Source: Thermoplasmatota archaeon
Lineage (GTDB): Archaea > Thermoplasmatota > Thermoplasmata > Thermoplasmatales > GCA-001856825
Direction of reading: 5' to 3'
NCBI GenBank assembly: GCA_023381415.1
Contig: JAMCUN010000009.1
Span: 26,616 to 90,615, forward strand
DNA length: 64,000 nt
This document shows positions 17,962 to 26,620 of the stretch, piece by piece; within the stretch, counting starts at the first letter, position 1; each line of letters starts with the position of its first letter. The position numbers and the translations under genes were made by a program. The notes under the pieces are model-generated. The model saw only the letters and a list, made by a program, of their open reading frames with translations, was not told the origin of the DNA and searched no databases.

Positions 17962-19206
17962 ATGGAACGGACTCCGGGCAAGGACAGGTGGTTTCTTTCG
18001 TACTTCCCGATGAACACCTCGTCGGGCATCGCCAGTCCGCTCGCACCTCTTTTTATTACCGAACTCCTTGCTGGAGGGGCAATTGAGTATTCGGCCTATG
18101 TCATCGTATCCTCTCTCGCGACGATCATCGGCCTCTTCGTATGGGGGAACCTCTCTGACAGGCTGGGTAAGAGGAGGATGTTCGTGTTCATCGGATTCGT
18201 ATCCCTTGCCCTTACGTCCATAATGTTCTCCCTTTCGTTCAACGTTGAGTATTTCATAGCTGTATCCTTCCTGTCAGGGTTCTTCGGTGCAGCAGTAACC
18301 CCGGTCTCGTCCATACTTATAATGGAGCTTACGGAACGTAAGGACTGGTCCATGAAGATATCGAAATTCTCACAGTACAACAGCTACGGGAATATAGCGG
18401 GAGTGCTCTTCTCTGCCCTCTACACCGGCGCATTCCCGAAGGCATCCATGCTGAGGTACCTCTATCTTGTTACGTTTGTATTCTACGTAGCTTCTGCTGT
18501 GCTCGGATATCTGTTCATCCCAGAAAGTTCGACAAAAATCAACAGGGACGAGGTGCCCCTCAGGACTTTCAGGGTCATAGAGAGGGTCAGGTACCTCCCA
18601 TCTCAACTCATACACTTCAACTTCCACTTCAGGAACCTTGAAAAGGACCTTCAGCTCATACTGATCGGGTTCCTGATAATGATGACAGGGTTTCAGTTAT
18701 TCTTCGTGGAATTCCCTATAATGCTCACCAACGATCTTCACGTTTCCTCTTCAGTCTACTTCCTCATCTTCCTTGGCAACTACCTGTTCGGAGCCATAAC
18801 TTTCGGCTTCTCGGGGCACACGACATTGAAGTACGGAAACAGGAGAGTTGCAACAATGGCAGTGATAGCAAGAATAATCATTTTCCCGTCCACTGTAGCG
18901 CTTGTCGCACTGGTTACCTTCCGTCCACTCCTGTTCGTCGGACTCCTGCTTGTATACTCTGTTCTGGGTGCCCTCTGGGCCTTTATATCTGTTGGCACTG
19001 GAACACTGGTCTCGAATCTCTCCAAGCCGGAGGAACGCGGACGTGTCAGCGGGACGTACAACGCAGTCCAGAGTTTCGGGGCCGTCATCGGGTCAGCATT
19101 CACTGGGATCATAGTATCTAAGTTCGGCTTTTCGGTTGACTATTTCGTCGCTTCCCTGGTGGTCATAGTAGGCCTCCTGATATTTCTCAGGATACGGTCA
19201 AAATGA
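17962..19206 (+). CDS. MFS transporter
   Basis: About 12 TM segments. MFS loop motif GNLSDRLGKRRM between TM2 and TM3. Confidence 0.8.
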   Translation: MERTPGKDRWFLSYFPMNTSSGIASPLAPLFITELLAGGAIEYSAYVIVSSLATIIGLFVWGNLSDRLGKRRMFVFIGFVSLALTSIMFSLSFNVEYFIAVSFLSGFFGAAVTPVSSILIMELTERKDWSMKISKFSQYNSYGNIAGVLFSALYTGAFPKASMLRYLYLVTFVFYVASAVLGYLFIPESSTKINRDEVPLRTFRVIERVRYLPSQLIHFNFHFRNLEKDLQLILIGFLIMMTGFQLFFVEFPIMLTNDLHVSSSVYFLIFLGNYLFGAITFGFSGHTTLKYGNRRVATMAVIARIIIFPSTVALVALVTFRPLLFVGLLLVYSVLGALWAFISVGTGTLVSNLSKPEERGRVSGTYNAVQSFGAVIGSAFTGIIVSKFGFSVDYFVASLVVIVGLLIFLRIRSK

Positions 19207-19839
19207 CAGGTCTGCCTTCACTATCTTCCCTTCCCTGTATACAGGAATTATATCCGTGATGTCCTGCTGTAGGCAGAATGAGATATCTGCTTCAAGCTTC
19301 TTGCCCCTCAGCAGGGACGCTCCGTTCCCGTTTCTCGCCCTCGTGATGTTTACTTCAATGTTAGATCCAGGCTCAAGCACCTTCTTGGTCAGGGCATAGG
19401 CGAACTCGTTGTCCTCCGTTGACACCCCATTCCTGAGGTTTGCGGGGAAGATGTGCACCTCCCTGTTCCTCAGGTATCTTGACAGGGAGGTGATGTTGAG
19501 GAATGAACCTATCAGTGTTCCTTCTCCAGCCCGGATTATCGCCCCTGTTCCGTTCGTTGTCTTGAGCACCACCTTCTTCCCCTCCAGATCCAGCCCCGAT
19601 GTTTCCACGGGAGAGTTGCCGTAATCGAACCCTTCTATGGGGTTCAGGTTCTCCTCTCCGAAAAGAATGTAGCCCTCCCTCTTCAGTAGAAGTGCCCTGT
19701 TCACCTCATCCACAGGCACTATTTCAGACGCCCCCCTCATGAGCATCGTGACTATGTTGGAGGTTGCCCTGAATATGTCTGCAACCACGGGAGTGCCGTA
19801 AACATGCCTTATGTACCTTCCATCCGTTATCCTTATCAT
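19198..19839 (-). CDS. ComB-family (2-phosphosulfolactate phosphatase-like) phosphatase
   Basis: VVADIFRATSNIVTML...EIVPV...GEENLNPIEGFDYGNSP matches the ComB family pattern (VDVLRAT..I..A......PV...GER.G..I.GFD.GNSP). ATGA overlap with the JAMM gene. Confidence 0.75.
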   Translation of the reverse strand: MIRITDGRYIRHVYGTPVVADIFRATSNIVTMLMRGASEIVPVDEVNRALLLKREGYILFGEENLNPIEGFDYGNSPVETSGLDLEGKKVVLKTTNGTGAIIRAGEGTLIGSFLNITSLSRYLRNREVHIFPANLRNGVSTEDNEFAYALTKKVLEPGSNIEVNITRARNGNGASLLRGKKLEADISFCLQQDITDIIPVYREGKIVKADLSF

Positions 19840-20198
19840 GGGACCATTTCCAGGTTTATCTCGAAGCCTTCATTGTTGAACGCTTTCCAGGAGTATAAGT
19901 TGAACGGATACCCTACTATGATATGAATGTTCCCGAATTTTGAGTAAAGGTTCCTGTCCTCGTCGCTTGGGTAAGTGACGCCTGAGGGGTGGGAATGGAT
20001 CGTACCTACGTACCCGAGGTCCAGAGGCCTTGCCCATAGCTGCATTATTGCGCTTCTGTCCCCGGATATCGTGCCAGGCAGAAGTGCGATCTCATAGATC
20101 ACGTCCTTCTTCGCCTTGAGGAGGGCAGCGAACTCGTTGGGGAGAGAATCCTTGCTGCTCTCCATCACAAGCTCGATCACCCCCCTCCTGATCTTCAT
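19836..20198 (-). CDS. JAMM/MPN+ metalloprotease domain protein
   Basis: Complete JAMM motif HSHPSGVTYPSDED (H-x-H-x7-S-x2-D) with an upstream Glu. 120 aa, stand-alone archaeal type. Confidence 0.85.
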   Translation of the reverse strand: MKIRRGVIELVMESSKDSLPNEFAALLKAKKDVIYEIALLPGTISGDRSAIMQLWARPLDLGYVGTIHSHPSGVTYPSDEDRNLYSKFGNIHIIVGYPFNLYSWKAFNNEGFEINLEMVP

Positions 20199-21001
20199 GT
20201 CATTTTCTCCCTAGTATTCCTGTAGAAATCTGAATTGAACCTTATGAACCTTGCAGGATGCTCGCTCTCCGTGAATGATATCTCGTCATGGAACCCCACT
20301 TCCAGCCCGTCCTGTCCGTCGAGGGTCAGCATTATGCTCTTCCCCTTGTCCAGGGCAACAACCCTTATCGTTGACTGCGAAGGGACGACCATGCTCCTCG
20401 CGCTGAGTGTGAACGGGGCCATGTAAGATATTATGAAACCCTTCACCTTCGGGTCAAGGATGGGACCTCCCACGCTCAGGGAGTAGGACGTGGACCCCGT
20501 TGGTGTGGCGATTATTATGCCATCTGCCCTTATGTTGTGGATGAAGTCGTCGTCGAGGTACATCCCGAACCATCTTATCTTCGACATTATCGTAGATTTC
20601 AGGACGGCCTCATTCAGTGAGTCGGGTAGCCTCTTCGAGTTGACTGTTGTCTTTATCCTTGCCCTCTCCTCAACCCTGAAATCTTTCTTAAGGAGCCTGT
20701 TCACATACCCAAGGGCGTTGCTAGCATCCACCTCAGAGAGGAAGGCAAGGCTGCTCACCTTTATTGGGAGGATAGGCAGGTCAGTTCGCTGGAGCGCCCA
20801 GAGAGCCGTGCCATCCCCTCCGACTGTGACCAGCGCATCTGCCCTTATCCTTTCAATCCTCTCCCCATCCACCTTCATATCCCTTGCAGTGCTCGATTCG
20901 ATCACAAAATCATGCCCGTTATCCTTCAGGTACCCCCCGAGAAACCTTATGAGCTCCAGGCACCTCGGGCACTCTGGCTTTGAGACAAAACCGAGTTTCA
21001 T
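20195..21001 (-). CDS. nadK: NAD kinase
   Basis: GGDGT motif (VTVGGDGTALWAL) and DGIIIATPTGSTSYSLSVGGPI block. Confidence 0.9.
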   Translation of the reverse strand: MKLGFVSKPECPRCLELIRFLGGYLKDNGHDFVIESSTARDMKVDGERIERIRADALVTVGGDGTALWALQRTDLPILPIKVSSLAFLSEVDASNALGYVNRLLKKDFRVEERARIKTTVNSKRLPDSLNEAVLKSTIMSKIRWFGMYLDDDFIHNIRADGIIIATPTGSTSYSLSVGGPILDPKVKGFIISYMAPFTLSARSMVVPSQSTIRVVALDKGKSIMLTLDGQDGLEVGFHDEISFTESEHPARFIRFNSDFYRNTREKMT

Positions 21002-21192
21002 CCCCCTTCCCCCTGCACGTCTAGAAAGTCAATTTTAAGTATACTAATCATCGTTAGGTGGGCATACCCTCTAAATATTTAAGCCTGAAGAACGTAGATG
21101 CTGCAGCGAATGAAAGACCAATATTAACTTCCATATTCTTCGCTCAGGATGACCGAAATGCCTACATTCCTTGCATAACCCATTTCCAGGGT

Positions 21193-22032
21193 TCAGATGC
21201 TGTCCTTCACATCTTCGTACGACTCGACGTATTGAAGCCTTATACCCTTAAGGGCTCCCGTCTTCTCGAAGTAGCGTACCAGGAATGGCTTGACCAGGAA
21301 AGAAGGAAATATCGCAGTTGAATCAACAGCGCCATTCCTGCGGTGCTCAAAGTATCCCACTATCGGTATCTGATCCCGTATGAGCGTCATGAGGAATGGC
21401 ATTATGGGGGTACTGGAAATATCCACCCTCTTCACCTCCCCCTTACCATCCCTTCCATAGGATACTGCAGCGTAAGGTTCAGCAATTCCCTTCCATTCTA
21501 TCACGTCGTCCATTCCAGAATCATTCCCATACGAGAATCTTGCCACCGACATCCTTGCCCTTCCCTCCATCTCTCCGAGCTTCGATATCAGCCCCGCCGA
21601 TTTCCCGAGATAGGATATTCTTACGTCTGCGTTTATGGACGCAATTACCTTCACTAGGCCCTCGACCTTCTGTAGATCTGAATTGTGGAACCTGAAATCC
21701 GTCATCACCCTGTTCTCCTGCGTGTAAAGCCCGCCCAGGACGAACGTGGGGATTGAAGAAATTGTCCTGCGAATCTTGTCCAGTTCAGGCCACTCTATCC
21801 TCTGTGCGATCAGCACATAACCGCCGTATATAATTGGGTTATAATATTTGTAAAAGTCATAGTCAGTCCCCATCTTCCTATCCACGAAGAAATCGAAATA
21901 CATTGATCCCTCGTGCACATGAAGGTCCATAGGCACCTGGCTCCTCCCTTCCGGGAATGGTGGTCCTGGATCTTGGATCGGAGATGAAAAGTAGAGAGAC
22001 ATATCCAGCTTTCGATCCAGAATGTCCAACAT
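21193..22032 (-). CDS. hypothetical protein (279 aa)
   Basis: Long ORF with protein-like composition. ATG 22032 is preceded by TTATTTATATAAG about 21-33 nt upstream (leaderless-type promoter). The GTG 22089 extension is less likely. No family recognised. Confidence 0.5.
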   Translation of the reverse strand: MLDILDRKLDMSLYFSSPIQDPGPPFPEGRSQVPMDLHVHEGSMYFDFFVDRKMGTDYDFYKYYNPIIYGGYVLIAQRIEWPELDKIRRTISSIPTFVLGGLYTQENRVMTDFRFHNSDLQKVEGLVKVIASINADVRISYLGKSAGLISKLGEMEGRARMSVARFSYGNDSGMDDVIEWKGIAEPYAAVSYGRDGKGEVKRVDISSTPIMPFLMTLIRDQIPIVGYFEHRRNGAVDSTAIFPSFLVKPFLVRYFEKTGALKGIRLQYVESYEDVKDSI

Positions 22033-22226
22033 AATGAAGTAACTGCTTCTTATATAAATAACATGGCGGTTGGAACCCGACAGGATCACATCCCAACGCC
22101 CAAGATCCCCGTGTCGGTTGATTTTTCACCCTTAGAACGGGTGTAAGGGTACCCTTCCAGTGGAAGGGCGTTGACATATGTGGGAAAGCATAAAATAATA
22201 ACTTGATGTCGCATCCATAGAAGTCG

Positions 22227-24338
22227 ATGAAGCTGGGGAGGAAGGATATCGCAATAATCACAGGAATAATCGTAGCCGGCGTAGCCATAAGGCTCCTTCC
22301 CAATATACTTAATTACGCATGGGGAAACGATTACGGCATATACTACTACCTCAGCGAAGCATTCCTCAGCGGAAACGCGCTAGCCTATCCGCCATCCTCC
22401 CCCTGGGGAACGGACGGATACCAGTACTTCCCAGTGACTTACCTGATAGTTGACATGGTTCACTATCTGACAGGTATACCTATTGCGGAATCCCTGGACT
22501 ATTCGATACCGTTCCTGGGCGGCCTCACCCCTTTCCTCGTGTACCTAATATCAAGGGAGATAGGGTTTGATAGAGCGATATCCGCCCTTGCAGGATTCTT
22601 GCTTGTAGTCAGCCCGGTGCAGCTGTACCAGACATCACAGCCCAACTACCTTACCACTGGGCATTTTTTCCTGCTACTTTCCATGCTGTTTTTCCTGGCC
22701 TACCACAGGAAGAGGATATTTGCCGTTCCCATGTCCGTTTCAATAGTCCTCCTTGTCCTCTCCCACCAGCTATCAACATACTTCTTCCTCATATCCATCA
22801 TAGGCATGGTATTCTCTGTAAACCTGCTCAGCACCAAGTGGAAGGAACGCCTGATCTCCGACATGCTGATAATAGAGCTTACAGGCACACTGATGATCGC
22901 ATATCTGCTTCTGAGGGTCCCGGACATGGTTGCATTCTTCTCAAATGCAGTCCACGGGCTTGGATATGGGGCCGTCATAGGCCTCTTCTATGCACTTGTC
23001 CTGGGGATGTTCTTCATCCTTAGAATGGTGAATCCGGAAAGGATCAAGACCCGGGCTGTCAAGGTCGTCGAGATGCTTAAGCTTGAGATAGCACCAAAGA
23101 GGGACCTCTTCCTTGTTTTTGTATCGTCGGTAACACTTGTCCTTCTCTTCTTCCTGCTGAGGGAGATGGGATTCATACCGCCCTACATCAGCTACGTTGC
23201 GATATTCATATCCCTTCCTTTCATAATTTTCATATCCGTTTCCGTGGTTGGAATAAAGTATTTCCTGATTGAAAACAACATAGCAGAAACGCTAGGATGG
23301 TCTATGGCGATTATCCTCTCCCTGCTTTACAGCTTCCTGACAAAGAACACCGTTCTCCTCCCAGCAAGGAACATTGAATATCTTTCAGAACCGTTCTGCA
23401 TCATCAGCGGCTATGTGCTGATAAAATGGTACCATTACTTCAGGACAAACAGGAAGGGCTCCGGAGTGAAGGTAAAGCAGATGTACTCCGAAGTGAGGCA
23501 TGTGGCTACTCCCATAGTCATGAACGGTCCCGTGGGTGCAACCATCGTGACCGTACAGAGGAGCGCAACAGTCAGGAATGTAAGGAACCTGACGTATTCG
23601 GCGAGGAGGCCAGTGGAGAACATTGTCGTCATTGCTGCAGTTTCACTTGTACTGATGATGGGAGTGGCAAGCTACCCTATGGTCAACGACTTTGTGCCAT
23701 CCCACAACGAGGCGATCACAGTGGAGGACAACTCCACAATCCAGTACCTGATACAGACAGGAAACAGGAGCCTGTCAGTTGCTACTGACCACCAGATAGG
23801 GATCCTCCTTTATTCCTACGGATTCAGTTCACCATTCAACAACATCTCCATCCTCTGGAACTCCACCACATGGACAAGCGCTATTTGGGAAATAACGGGA
23901 GAGAACGGCTCCTACTCCCCAGTAGGATACGTTTTCCTGAACAGCTACATGCTAAGGTATGGCGTATGGGGGTTCAACAGCAGCCTCAACCCTAACCAGG
24001 CACCGATCATGGTCAACAGCTCCTCCTTCTCCAAATTCTTCGTGCAGCCCTTCCAGCTCGTATACGAGAACAGTTCAACCGCCGACAACAGCACAACATA
24101 CCTTTTCGCCGTGAACTGGACATATCTCGGTGAAAAGGGGTACAGCCTTTCTTTCTATGAAGGGCTCTACGAGAACAGGACTTCAGGAGATTCCGTTACC
24201 CAACCTTCTCCCACTTCTCCAGCTTCTGAACAGATGAGAGCGTACTCCCCCTCCTTATCTCCTCCCTCACCCTGTTCTCCCTCTCAGCCACGTCAACAGC
24301 CCTGTTTGCAATCTCCTGCGCGTTCTCCTCGGGTATGA
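22227..24338 (+). CDS. large polytopic membrane protein, GT-C-fold glycosyltransferase-like, with sequon-rich external C-terminal domain
   Basis: More than 10 TM segments in the first 400 aa, with an N-terminal loop NYAWGNDYGIYYY. C-terminal 250 aa are soluble and N-x-S/T rich. No WWDYG motif, so not called AglB/STT3. Family assignment is tentative. Confidence 0.5.
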   Translation: MKLGRKDIAIITGIIVAGVAIRLLPNILNYAWGNDYGIYYYLSEAFLSGNALAYPPSSPWGTDGYQYFPVTYLIVDMVHYLTGIPIAESLDYSIPFLGGLTPFLVYLISREIGFDRAISALAGFLLVVSPVQLYQTSQPNYLTTGHFFLLLSMLFFLAYHRKRIFAVPMSVSIVLLVLSHQLSTYFFLISIIGMVFSVNLLSTKWKERLISDMLIIELTGTLMIAYLLLRVPDMVAFFSNAVHGLGYGAVIGLFYALVLGMFFILRMVNPERIKTRAVKVVEMLKLEIAPKRDLFLVFVSSVTLVLLFFLLREMGFIPPYISYVAIFISLPFIIFISVSVVGIKYFLIENNIAETLGWSMAIILSLLYSFLTKNTVLLPARNIEYLSEPFCIISGYVLIKWYHYFRTNRKGSGVKVKQMYSEVRHVATPIVMNGPVGATIVTVQRSATVRNVRNLTYSARRPVENIVVIAAVSLVLMMGVASYPMVNDFVPSHNEAITVEDNSTIQYLIQTGNRSLSVATDHQIGILLYSYGFSSPFNNISILWNSTTWTSAIWEITGENGSYSPVGYVFLNSYMLRYGVWGFNSSLNPNQAPIMVNSSSFSKFFVQPFQLVYENSSTADNSTTYLFAVNWTYLGEKGYSLSFYEGLYENRTSGDSVTQPSPTSPASEQMRAYSPSLSPPSPCSPSQPRQQPCLQSPARSPRV

Positions 24339-25488
24339 CGACAACGCCGGATGAATCTGCTATGATATAATCTCCAGTTCTGATCTTCTTCCCGTTGATC
24401 TCGATCTCGCTCCCTATCTCTCCGAAGCCCTTTGGGTCGCCTGCATTTGATGAAACGTATCTGGTGAATGCTGGGAAGGGTATCTTCATTATGTCGTCCA
24501 TGTCCCTTATCGCCCCCCATATCACCACCCCTTTGACCTTCTTCGTGACACAGCTCCAGGATGCGAGTTCTCCCCATACGGCATCCTCCCCTCCGTCAGC
24601 GTCTATGACCAGTATATCCCCTTCCTTCGCCCTATCTATCGCTTCAACAGGCTTTGCCCAGTCACCGTTCACAGTTTTGACAGTGAGTGCCCTCCCAGCT
24701 ATCCTCGTGCCTGGCAGGACCCTCGGTATGAGACCGTGAATCGCCCCCTCCCTGTGCATCGCATCTGAAACGTTGGATGAAGAGACCTTCGAGAGCGCCT
24801 CTAAGATCTCGTCCTTCGAATACTTCCTGTACATACTGCCATGTTCTGCTATGCCGGTGGAAATCACCCTCTTTATTGCTTCCGTTTCCTGAGTGACGTT
24901 TGGTGCCTTTGTGATCGCCCCTCCAACTATTATTACAGAAGCCCCCCTCTTAACTACCTCTGGAATAGACTCCTTGTTCAGCCCTCCTGCGACTGCGACG
25001 GGTATCTTCGTTGCAGAAACAACCCTCTCGAGTATCTTCAGCGGGTCCTTCCCAATCATCTGCATGTCTATCCCAACGTGTTCGCAGAAATATTTCACTC
25101 CGAGTTTCTCAAGCTGCTTAACCCGCTCCTCCACGTTCTCAACCTGAAGGAGGTCGATCATTATCTCAGCACCGTACTTCTTTCCCGCCTTGACTGCCTC
25201 TGTGATCGTCGGATCGTCGCTTATCCCTAGTATAGTTACTATCTGGGCGCCGCTCTTTGCCGCCAGTTCGGTTTCAAATCCCCCGACATCTGCTGTCTTC
25301 ATGTCGGCGACGACTATCTTGTTGGGGAAGTTCCTCTTTATCTCCCTTATAGCCTGCATCCCTTCGCTCTTTATGAGAGGTGTGCCGACCTCTATCCAGT
25401 CAGCTCCCCCTTCGACAGCCTCCTTTGCAACCTGAAGGGCCCTGTGAAGATTCTCAAAATCCAGTGCGACCTGTAAAACCGGTTCCAT
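24196..25488 (-). CDS. fusion protein: 3-hexulose-6-phosphate synthase (OMPdecase-fold) domain + RraA-like domain
   Basis: N-terminal half has LQVALDF, GADWIEVGTPLIK, VADMKTADVG, VGGAITKA (HPS/HUMPS family). C-terminal half has GELASWSCVTKKVKGVVIWGAIRD and GDYIIADSSGVVVIP (RraA/aldolase fold). Confidence 0.8.
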   Translation of the reverse strand: MEPVLQVALDFENLHRALQVAKEAVEGGADWIEVGTPLIKSEGMQAIREIKRNFPNKIVVADMKTADVGGFETELAAKSGAQIVTILGISDDPTITEAVKAGKKYGAEIMIDLLQVENVEERVKQLEKLGVKYFCEHVGIDMQMIGKDPLKILERVVSATKIPVAVAGGLNKESIPEVVKRGASVIIVGGAITKAPNVTQETEAIKRVISTGIAEHGSMYRKYSKDEILEALSKVSSSNVSDAMHREGAIHGLIPRVLPGTRIAGRALTVKTVNGDWAKPVEAIDRAKEGDILVIDADGGEDAVWGELASWSCVTKKVKGVVIWGAIRDMDDIMKIPFPAFTRYVSSNAGDPKGFGEIGSEIEINGKKIRTGDYIIADSSGVVVIPEENAQEIANRAVDVAERENRVREEIRRGSTLSSVQKLEKWEKVG

Positions 25489-25658
25489 GTTATCGCATCT
25501 TTACATTGAAACTGACTACTTTAAGTTATACGAGATCGTTAAGGATGCTGTTTATCTGGAAGGAACATTATCATTCCTGGATGTCAACCCAATCCAAAAG
25601 AATTGGAAGGAGGGAGGGTGTTTAGATTTTGCTTCATCCTTTAACAATTCCTAGCCCT

Positions 25659-26459
25659 TTACTTTTTTGAGGACCTCCTTATTTCCTCTATCCTCTTCTT
25701 CAGCTTCGTATCTGATTCTGAAGCGATGCCAACAAGGTCTGCCCTGGCAGCTTTCACGATTGCGTTGGAATACGCCCTTGATATCTTCCCTGAATTGTTC
25801 CTGGACGCCTTGTATATGTCTGGTATCTCATAGATTATACCGTGCTTTGGCGGTGTCCCCCTCCCCTTCCTGAACCTGAAGAATGCCTTCTCCGCCCCTA
25901 TTATCTGGACAGTGCTTGATGAGCTGAGCGCCAGATTCCTTACACCCCCGAATGACTTGATTAGCCGTGCGGCTACCTTGTATCCTACCACATTCCTCAG
26001 GTTTGGTGCGCTCCTTCCGACATACTCGTCAAGCGTCTTCTCAAGTTCCCTCACGTACTCCCTCACCTGCTTCAGCATGCCCGACAGCTTATCTGAGAAC
26101 TCCCCCCGGGCTGAAGTCGCATACCTCATGAATATTCTCGTCTCCTCAGCCTTCTGCTCCAGGAAATTCTCAAACTTCTCCATCTCGTCGAGTGTTGAGA
26201 TGATCTTTTCTATCAACTGATCCTCTGTAAGCTTGGTTGAAAGCAATTTCCTGTTCAGCTCCTCCAGAGTTTCCCTCAATAGGCTGGAATCTATTGCCTT
26301 CTTCCTGAACGCTGGCGAAAGCAAGACTGTCTCTCCGTTGAAATTTGACTTCCCGTTCCGGAGTATGTCAAGGTAAATTGTCGTGAATTCCTCCTTTGTC
26401 AGGGAATATTCCTTGCCTTCACCATTGATAGCGTTGACTGAAATCAGATAAAGCATCAT
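25659..26459 (-). CDS. nop5: Nop5 (Nop56/58) box C/D RNP protein, short form
   Basis: Nop domain blocks APNLRNVVGYKVAARLI, IQIIGAEKAFFRF, PKHGIIY, GKISRAYSNAIVKAARAD. ATG 26459/26456 chosen; the 106-codon upstream extension overlaps the divergent gene and looks non-coding. Confidence 0.8.
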   Translation of the reverse strand: MMLYLISVNAINGEGKEYSLTKEEFTTIYLDILRNGKSNFNGETVLLSPAFRKKAIDSSLLRETLEELNRKLLSTKLTEDQLIEKIISTLDEMEKFENFLEQKAEETRIFMRYATSARGEFSDKLSGMLKQVREYVRELEKTLDEYVGRSAPNLRNVVGYKVAARLIKSFGGVRNLALSSSSTVQIIGAEKAFFRFRKGRGTPPKHGIIYEIPDIYKASRNNSGKISRAYSNAIVKAARADLVGIASESDTKLKKRIEEIRRSSKK

Positions 26460-26620
26460 CCATTGAAAAATCGGTAAGATAAAAACATTGGCGACTTTTC
26501 CCTCGTTTTCCAGTTGGTCCGAAAGGAAGCATCTATCGCCCCAAAGCATGACACCGATCTTGGAGCAAGTCGGCCTCATAATTCTCATATACAGGGAAAG
26601 GGATGGGATGATCGGGAAAG

